Assembly (NCBI GenBank): GCA_043819795.1
Contig: JBDREN010000158.1
Coordinates: forward strand, 1 to 21,438
DNA: 21,438 bases
Reading direction: 5' to 3'
DNA from: Elusimicrobiota bacterium
Lineage (GTDB): Bacteria > Elusimicrobiota > Elusimicrobia > UBA1565
The position numbers and the translations under genes were made by a program. A model generated the notes under the pieces. The model was not told the origin of the DNA, searched no databases, and saw only the letters and a list, made by a program, of their open reading frames with translations. Below, piece after piece: positions 8,317 through 17,300 of the stretch (position 1 is its first letter; every line of letters starts with the position of its first letter).

Positions 8317-11300
8317 TCACCTGGCCACCACGATGGTGCCGTTGAACGTCTTGCCCTCGCCCTTGATCTGGTAGATGTACACGCCGCTCGTCACGACCGT
8401 GCCGTTCATGCGGCCGTCCCACTGCAAAGTGTCGGGCTGTGGCCCGGCGGTCATGGGCGCCACGTACGCGCCGCGCAGGTCGTAGACCTTGCCTTCGACC
8501 GCCGACCCGGCGGGATTGTCGAACAGGAAGATTACCGCGTCGTTCTTGTTGTCGTTGTTCGGCGTGATCACCCGGGTCGTGATGTTCGAAAGGTCGAAGG
8601 TCACGCCCGCGTCCCGCAGTTGGCTCCGGATCTGGAACTTGCCGATGTTCGGCGTCTTGACCGTCAGCGTCTGCTCGGTCTTGTCGATCTTGCCGTAAAG
8701 CTTCTTGTACTCCTTGCCGTTGTTCCAGAACATGCCCAGGTGCGAGGTCTTGCCGTTGGCCTCTTGGGTCCGCATCGTGCCCCGCTGGGCGCGGGCCTGC
8801 TCCAGGCTGTAGGTCCGGGTCTGCGGGACCGGCTGGCCGTTCGCGTCGGTCACGAAGTGCACCTGAATGGACACCGGCTCGGGGAATGCGAAGCTCTTGA
8901 GCTCCTCGCGGCCGCCGAGCATCGGGATGAACTCGATCGCCTGCATGACCTTGCCGCCCGTATCGTCCGGCACGCGCCGGCCGTGGATCAGGATGTCCTC
9001 GTCATAGCCGCTGGTCTCCTGGTTGATCGCGGCGACCGCCTTGGCATCGAGCACGACCTGCGTGACCTCGTCATCGAGGACGATCTGCTGCTGGCCCAGG
9101 GTGGTCACGTAGAGGGTCGCGGTGGAGAAGCCCAGCTGGTTGAACGACCGGACCCGGTAGCGGTACGCCTGGCCGTTGGTGAAGTCGGTGAAGCTGCTCA
9201 CGCCCACGTCCACGGCGCCCCGCAGCGTGAAGCCGGCCCGCGGGTTGGTCGTCCGCGAGATGGTGTAGCCCAAGAGCTCGTCCGCGGTCGGGGTCTTGGT
9301 GCTCACGAAGCGCGTGCCGTCCGCGAACTGCGTGGTCGGCGACCAGCGCACCGTGATGTTCCCGCCTCCGTTGCTCACCTTGAGCCCGAAGACCTCCTGC
9401 GGGACGATCGCGTAGGGCGCCACGCCGATCGAGGCCGAGGGCGCGCTCTCGTTGCCGCCCTTGTCGCGGGCCGCCACGCGGAAGTAGTAGGTCGTGAAGG
9501 CCTTGAGCGGCCTGTCGGTGTAGGACACGCCGGTCGTGGTGGTGACCGTCACGAAGCTCGCGTTGTCGGTCGAGCGCTCCAGGCGGTAGTGGCTGAAGTC
9601 CAGGCCCTTGCCGCCCAGGCCCTCGGGCAGCGCGTTCCAACTGAGCTGCGCCCGGACGAGTCCGGAGACCGCGCTCAGGCCGGTGGGCGTGGCCGGCGCC
9701 TTGTTGCGCGGCAGGGAGAAGGCCTGCTGGCGCGGCGCGGCCGGGTCCGCGCCGAGGTCCACGAATGAGGTCTCGCCCAGCGCGTCGATCGAGCGCACCG
9801 CGAAGTAGAAGGTGGTGAGCGGGTTCAGGCCGCCCACCGTCAGGGTCTCGAGCTGGCCGGGAGCCTTGGCCGGGCTCAGGACCCGCTGGCTCGAGGCCGC
9901 CAGGCTGAACCAGGCCGTGGCGTCGTTGCCCAGCGCGGCCACCGACACGGTCGCGAAGCGCACCTCGTAGCGGGCGATCGGGATGAGGTTCTTGTTCTCC
10001 GGGGCCGTCCACTGGAGCGCGACGTCGCCCTCGGCCGCGCCCTTGAGCGCGGTCAGGTCCGTGATCTGCTCGGGCAGGTTCGGGAAGAAGCTCGCGGCCG
10101 CGTAGTTGTTCACGTTCAGGTTGAGAGCGACGCTCCGCAGCCAGGTCCCGACGTTCGCGACCGGGGCCGAGGAGTCGATGATGCGGATGGCGAAGTAGTA
10201 GGTCGTGAACGGCGTCAGGCCGGTGACGCGCAGGGCCTCGGCCGTCCCGCCCGCCGCCACCGACGGCGCCTGCGACTTACTGAACGCCGACAGAGGCTGG
10301 GCGGCGTTGAAGGCCGCGTCGTCGCCGATGTTGCCGGCCGAGGACATCCGGATCTCGTAGCGCTCGGGCGGGACCGTGCCGGCGCGCAGGGGGGCCGTCC
10401 AGGTCAGGTCGATGGCGCCGGCGCCGCCGTTGGTCACGGCCACGAGGTCCGCCACGCGCGCCACGCCGTTGGCCCGGGCGCCGGCCTGGACGCCCGGCCG
10501 GGCCGGGTCGGCGCCGTCGTCGATCGGCGAGGCCTCGCTCACCGCGTCGTAGGACCGGACCGCGAAGTAGTAGAGCTCGCCGGTCGCCAGGCCGGTGACG
10601 GTCAGCGTTTCGCGGCCGCCGGGCTGCTTGGCCGGGGCCACGACCCGCAGGCCCGCCGCCGCGTTGAACCAGGCCGTCGTGTCGCCGCCGAGCTCGAGCA
10701 CGGAGAAGGTGGCGAAGCGGACCGTGTAGCTCGAGATCGGCACGAAGTTCCGGTTGCGCGGCGCGGTCCAGCTCAGGTCCACCTCGCCCGCCGCCGCGCC
10801 GGTCTGGGCCGTGAGGTCGGTGACCGGGTCGGGCAGCCTGGCCTCGAAGCTGGCGATCGCCGAGTTGTCCACGTTGAGGCCCAGGGCCACGCTGCGCTGC
10901 CATACGCCGGCGTTGGCCACCGGCGCCGAGGAGTCCTCGACCTTGATCGCGAAGTAGTACCGCGTGAACGGCACCAGGCCCTCGACCGTGAGGGTCTCCA
11001 CCGCGCCGCCCGCGCCGACCGCCGGCGCCGCCGTGATGCTCAGCGCGGTCAACGGCAGGGCCGAGGCGAAGGCGGCCTCATCCGCGAAGTTGGCCGCCGA
11101 CGAGATCTTGATCACGTAGCGTTCGGGCAGGGCCGCGCCGGCGCGGTGAGGGGACGTCCAGGTCAGGTCGACCGCGCCGGAGGCGCCGTTGGTCTGCGCC
11201 CTCAGGTCGGTCACGGGCGCCACGCCGGTCGCCCGGGCTTCGGCCTGCGCGCCCGCCTTGGCGGGCTCGGCGCCGTCGTCGATGGGCGAGACGTCGCCCA

Positions 11301-14300
11301 CCGCGTCGAAGGACTTGACGCCGAAGTAGTAGAGGACGCCGGGCTGGAGCCCGCTCACGGTCAGGGTCTCGACGCGGCCGGGCTCGCGGGCCGTGGGCAG
11401 ATGCCGCTCGTTGGCCGCCGCGAGGTTGAACCAGGCCGTGGCGTCGCCGCCCAGCTCGAGCACGGAGAACGTCGCGAACCGGACGGTGTAGCTCGAGATG
11501 GGCACGAAGTTCTGGTTGCGCGGCGCGGTCCAGCTCAGGTCCACCATGCCCGCCAGAGGCCCGGGCTGCGCCGTCACGCCGGTGATCGGATCCGGGATCT
11601 CGCTGACGAAGCTCGGCAGCGCCCAGTTGCCGATGTTGAAGTCGAGGGCGACGCTGCGCAGCCAGCTCCCGGCGTTGGCCAGCGGCGCCGAGGAGTCCTC
11701 CACCCGGATCGCGAAGTAATAGGTGGTGAACGGCGTGGAGAGGCCGGTGACGCACATCGCCGCCGTGGAGCCGCCCACGCCGACCGCCGGCACCGGCGAG
11801 AGGCTCAGCGCGGAGAGCGGCAGGGCCGCGTCGAAGCCCGCGTCATCGGCGATGTTGCCGAGAGTGGAGACCCGGACCGTGTAGGACTCGGGCAGCGTGG
11901 TGGCGGCGCGGTACGGGGCCGTCCAGGCCAGGTCGATGGCGCCCGAGCCGCCGTTCGTCGCGGCCGCGAGGTCCGTGATCCGGGCCACGCCCGTGGCCCG
12001 GGCCCCGGCCTGCGCGCCCGCCCTGAGCGGATCGGAGCCGTCGTCGATGGACGAGGTCTCGCCGATCGCGTCGGCCGACTTCACCGCGAAGTAGTAAAGC
12101 TCGCCGGCCTCGAGGCCGCTGACCGTCAGGGTCTCCACGCCGCCGGGCTCGCGGGCCGGGGCCTGGACGCGCTCGCTCGAGGCCGTGGCCGTGAACCACG
12201 CCGTGGTGTCGCCGCCAAGGTCGGCCACCGAGAAGGTGGCGAAGCGCACCGTGTAGGTCGAGACCGGCACGAAGTTCCGGTTGCGCGGCGCGGTCCAGGT
12301 CAGGTCCACCATGCCCGCCAGAGGCCCGGCCTGCGCCGCCAGGTCGGTGATGGGGTCGGGCAGGTTCGCCTGGAAGCCCGGCACCGCGTCGTTCCCTATA
12401 TTGAAGTTGAGGGCCGCGCTGCGCAGCCAGCTCCCGGTGTTCGCCAGCGGCGCCGAGGAGTCCGCGACCCGCATGGCGAAGTAGTGGGTCGTGAAGGGCG
12501 CCAGGCCGGTGATGGTCACGGACTCGGCCGCGCCGCCCGCGGCCACAACCGGCGGGACCGTCCCGCTGAAGGCGCTCAGCGGCCGGGCCGCGGCGAAGGC
12601 CGCGTCGTCGGCGATGTTGCCGAGCGTGGACACCCTGATCTCGTAGCTCTCGGGCAATACCGTGGCGGCGCGGTAAGGGGCCGTCCAGTTCAGGTCTACC
12701 GAGCCGGAAGTCCCGGCCGCCTGCGCGGCCAGGTCGGTGATCCGCGCCGCGCCGGCGGCCCGGGCCTCGGCCTGGACGCCCGCCTTGGCCGGATCGGCGC
12801 CGTCGTCGATGGGCGAGGTCTCGCCGATCGCGTCGGCCGACTTCACCGCGAAGTAGTAGAACTCGCCGGCCTCGAGGCCGCTGATGGTCAGGGTCTCCCG
12901 ATAGCCGGGCTCGAGCGCCGTGCTCAGCACGCGCTCGCTGGAGGCCGTTGCCGAGAACCAGGCCGTGGTGTCGCCGCCGAGGTCGGTCACGGAGAACGTC
13001 GCGAACCGGACGGTGTAGCTCGAGATGGGCACGTAGTTCCGGTTGCGCGGCGCGGTCCACGACAGGTCCGCCATCCCCGCCAGAGACCCGGTCTGGGCCG
13101 TCAGGTCGGTGACCGGGTCCGGCGGCTTGGGCTGGAAGCTCGGCAGCGCCCAGTTGCTCACGTTCAATCCCAGGGCCGCGCTCCGCGTCCACACGCCCGC
13201 CTTCCTCACCGGCGCCGAGGAGTCCTCCACCCGGACCGCGAAGTAGTGGGTCGTGAAGGGCACCAGGCCGGTGATGGTCACGGACTCGGCCGCGCCGCCC
13301 GCGGCCACGGCCGGCAGGTCCGTCCCGCTGAACGCGGAGAGCGGCTCGGCCGCGGCGAAGGCCGCGTCGTCGGCGATGTTGCCCAGCGTGGACACCTTGA
13401 TCACGTAGGTCTCGGGGAGAACGGTTCCCGCACGTCGCGGGGACGTCCAAGTAAGGTCGATGGCGCCCGAGCCGCCGTTGGTGAGCGCGACGAGGTCGGT
13501 GACGGGGATGATGCCGTTGGCCCGGGCGCGGGCCTGGTCGTCGAGCTTGGCCGGATCGGCCTTGTCGTCGATGGCCGAGACCTCGCTGATCGAGTCGTAG
13601 GACTTGAGCGCGAAGTAGTAGAGCACGCCGGGCTCCAGGCCCGTGACGGTCAGGGTCTCGAGTCCGCCGGGCTCCAGGGCCGGGGCCACGACCACCGAGC
13701 TCGAAGCCGCGTTGAACCAGGCCGTGGTGTCGCCGCCCAGCTCGCTCACCGGGAAGGTGGCGAAGCGGACCGTGTAGCTGGAGACCGGCACGAAGTTCAG
13801 GTTGCGCGGCGCGGTCCAGGCCAGCTCGATGGCGCCCGCAGCGTCGCCGGTGAGCGCGGTCAGGTCGCTGACCGGCTCGGGCGCCCGCGGCGTGAAGGCC
13901 GGGGCCGTCCAGTTGCCCGCGTTGAAGCCGAAGGCCACGTCGCGGCTCCACACGCCCGCCTTCGGCGCCGGCGCGCCGGAGTCCTCGGCGCGGATGGCGA
14001 AGTAGTAGGTGGTGAACGGCGCCAGGCCGGTGACGGTCAGGGTCTCGGCCGCGCCGCCCGCGGCCACGGCCGGCAGAGGCGTCCGGCTGAACGCGGAGAG
14101 CGGCTCGGCCGCGGCGAAGTCCGCGTCGTCCGCGATGTTGCCCGCGGAGGAGGCCTTGATCACGTAGCTCTCGGGCAAAACGATTCCAGCGCGTTGCGGG
14201 GACGTCCAGGTGAGGTCCACCGAGCCGGAGGCGGCGCCGGCCTGCGCGGCCAGGTCCGTGACCGGGATGACGCCGTTGGCCCGGGCCCGGGCCTGGTCCA

Positions 14301-17300
14301 CGACGCCGGCGGCCCGCTCGTCGATCGGCGAGACCTCGCTCACCGCGTCGGTGGACTTGACCGCGAAGTAGTAGAGCACGCCGGGCTCCAGGCCCGTGAC
14401 CGTCAGGGTCTCGAGGTCGCCGGGCTCCAGCGCCGGGGCCACGACCACCGAGCTGGAGGCCGCGTTGAACCAGGCCGTGGTGTCGCCGCCCAGCTCGCCC
14501 ACCGAGAAGGTGGCGAAGCGGACCGTGTAGGTCGCGATGTCCACGAAGTTCTGGTTGCGCGGCGCGGTCCAGGCCAGCTCGATGACGCCCTCGGCCGACC
14601 CGGTCAGGGCGGTCAGGTCGCTCACCGGATCGGGCGGGTTCGGCTGGAACTGCGACGGCGAGGAGTTGTTCACGTTCAGGCCCTGGCCCACGTCCCGCAG
14701 CCAGCGGCCGATCAAGCCCGAAGAGTCCTCGGCGCGGACCGCGAAGTAGTAGGTCTTGAAGGGCACCAGCCCGGTCACGGTCAGGCTGACGGGGACTCCG
14801 CCGGTTCCGACGGCCGGGATCGAGGTGTCGCTGAACGCGTCCAGGGTCTGGGCCGCGTCGAAGGCCGCGTCGTCCGCGATGTTGCCGGTCGTGGACATCT
14901 TGATCACGTAGCCCTCCGGCGGGGTGACGCCGGCGCGGAACGGAGCGGTCCAGGTAAGGTCGATGTCGCCCGGAGCCGAGCCGGCTTGCGCGACCAGGGC
15001 GGTGACGCTCTCGATGCCCTTGGCGTTCGCCCGGACCTGCACGCCGCCCGCCTGGGTGTCGATCGGGCTGGCCTCGCCGGCCCGGTCCTCGGACTTGACC
15101 GCGAAGTAGAACCGGCCGCCGGAAGCCAGGCCGGTCAGGATCAGGCTCTCCTTGGAGCCCGGATCACGGATCTGGGTGACGGCGGCGGAGGAGGCCGCGG
15201 CGAACCAGACGGCCGTGTCGCCGCCCATGTCCACGACCGAGAAGGTGGCGTAGCCCACGTCGTAGCGCACGATCGGCGTGAAGTTCGCGTTCTTCGGCGC
15301 GGTCCAGGCCAGGCCGATCTCGCCCTCCGCGCCGCCCGTGAGCGCGGTCAGGTCCGTGATCGCGTTGGGCAGGTTCGGCACGTGCAGCGGCGCGGTGGAG
15401 TTGTACACGTTGACGTTCTGCCCCACGTTGCGCCGCCACTCGCTGACCTCCGGCGGGGTCTTGGAGTCGAGCTCGCGGATCGCGAAGTAGTAGGTCACGG
15501 TCGGCGTCAGGCCGTTGACCACGAAGGAGCGCGCCCCGCCGCTTCCGGGCGTGGGGAGGGTGGACGGGCTGAACGCGCTCAGAGGCTGGGCCGCGTCGAA
15601 GTCCGCGTCGTTCTCGATGTTGGCGGCGCTCGACACCCTGATGTCGTAGGACAGCGGCGGCGCGAGCCCGATATTCTGGGGCTCGGTCCACTCGAGCCGG
15701 ACGCTGGCGATCGTGTCGCCCGTGTTGGCGACCAGGTTCTGGATGGGCGGGATCGGCTTGGGCCGCGACCGGACCTGGTTGATCACGCTGGCCGCCTGGA
15801 GGTCCTCGGCGGAGACCGCGCCCGTGATGTCCACGGACTTGACCGCGGCGTAGTACGTCAGGGCGCCGTTGAGCCCGGGGACGACCAGCGTCACGAAGGC
15901 GCCCGGGGCCTCCGCGGCCGGAGCCATGGTCGTCGAGTCGGCCAGGCTGAACCAGTTGCCGAGCTGCTCCTCGGGGCTGCCGCCCGGCATGTCGGAGACG
16001 CTCTTGGTGTTGACCTTGACCAGGTAGTGGTCGATGGGCACCCCATTGGTGTTCTCCGGGGCGGTCCATCTGAGCTCCAGGTCGCCCACGAGCCATCCCT
16101 GCAGGGCCGTAAGGTCCAGGATGCGCTCGGGGTCGCGCAGCTCGAAGTAGGCGGTGGCGTAGGCCTGGCCGGGCGGCACGAGGGGGTCCGCCGGCTCGTC
16201 TATCGGCGAGATCTCTCCGGTCCGGTCTATGGACTTGATTCCTACATAGTAGACCATGCCGGGCACCAGGCCGGTGACCGTCACGGTCTCGAGGCTGCCG
16301 GGCTCCAGCGCCGGGTAAGCGACGCGGGATGTCGAGACGGCCGCGTTGAACCAGGCCGTGGAGTCGCCTCCCAGCTCGGCCACCGAGAAGCTGGCGAGGC
16401 GGATGTCGTAGCCGTTGATCGGCACGAAGTTCTCGTTGCGCGGGGCCGTCCACGCCAGGTCGATCGTCCCCGGCAAGGAGCCGATCAGCGCGGTGAGATC
16501 GGTGATCGCGTTCGGCGGGCCGGGCGCGAAGGCCGCGGCCGCGAAGTTGCCGGCGTTCAGGCCCCTGCCCGCGTCGCGCTGCCAGAGGCCCGCCCGCGCG
16601 CTCGGCAGGGAGGAATCCTCGACCCGGATGGCGAAGTAGTAGGTCACGCTCGGGATCAGGTCGATGACGGTCAGGCCCTCGATGGCGCCGCCCGCGGCCA
16701 CGGGCGGGACCGACGTGGCAGGGCTGAAGACGCTGAGGTCCTGGGCGGCCTCGAACTCGGCGTCGTCGCTTATGTTGGTGAAAGACGATGCCTTGATCAC
16801 GTAGCGAAGCGGCGGCGTGAGCGCGCCGGTGCGCAGCGGCGAGGTCCAGGACAGGCTGACGGCGGCGTCCTGGAAGGCGTGGGTCGCCGCCACGAGGTTC
16901 GTGACCGGGGCGATGCCTTCCGGCACCGCGAAGTTGGACTCGTTGACGCCGGTCTCCACGACCCACCGGCCCTCGAACCGCGGCGCGCCGGAGTCCACGG
17001 CGCGGACCGCGAAGTAGTAGGTGACGCTGGAGGCCAGGCCCGTGATGGCAAGGGACTCGGCCGCATCCTGGCCGCCCACGACCGGGACCGGCGAGCCGGA
17101 GAAGATCGTCAGAGGCTCGGCGGCCTCGAAGGCGGCGTTGTCCGCGATCTGGCCGCTCGTGGAGGCCCGCACCTCGTAAGAGAGCGGCGCCGTTTCGCTC
17201 TGGCGCCTCGGGGTGGTCCACGCGAGGTCGATCTCGCCGTCCTGAGCGCCGGCCTGGGCCGCGAGGTCCGTGATCCCGGCGATGCCGGCCGCAAACTCCC

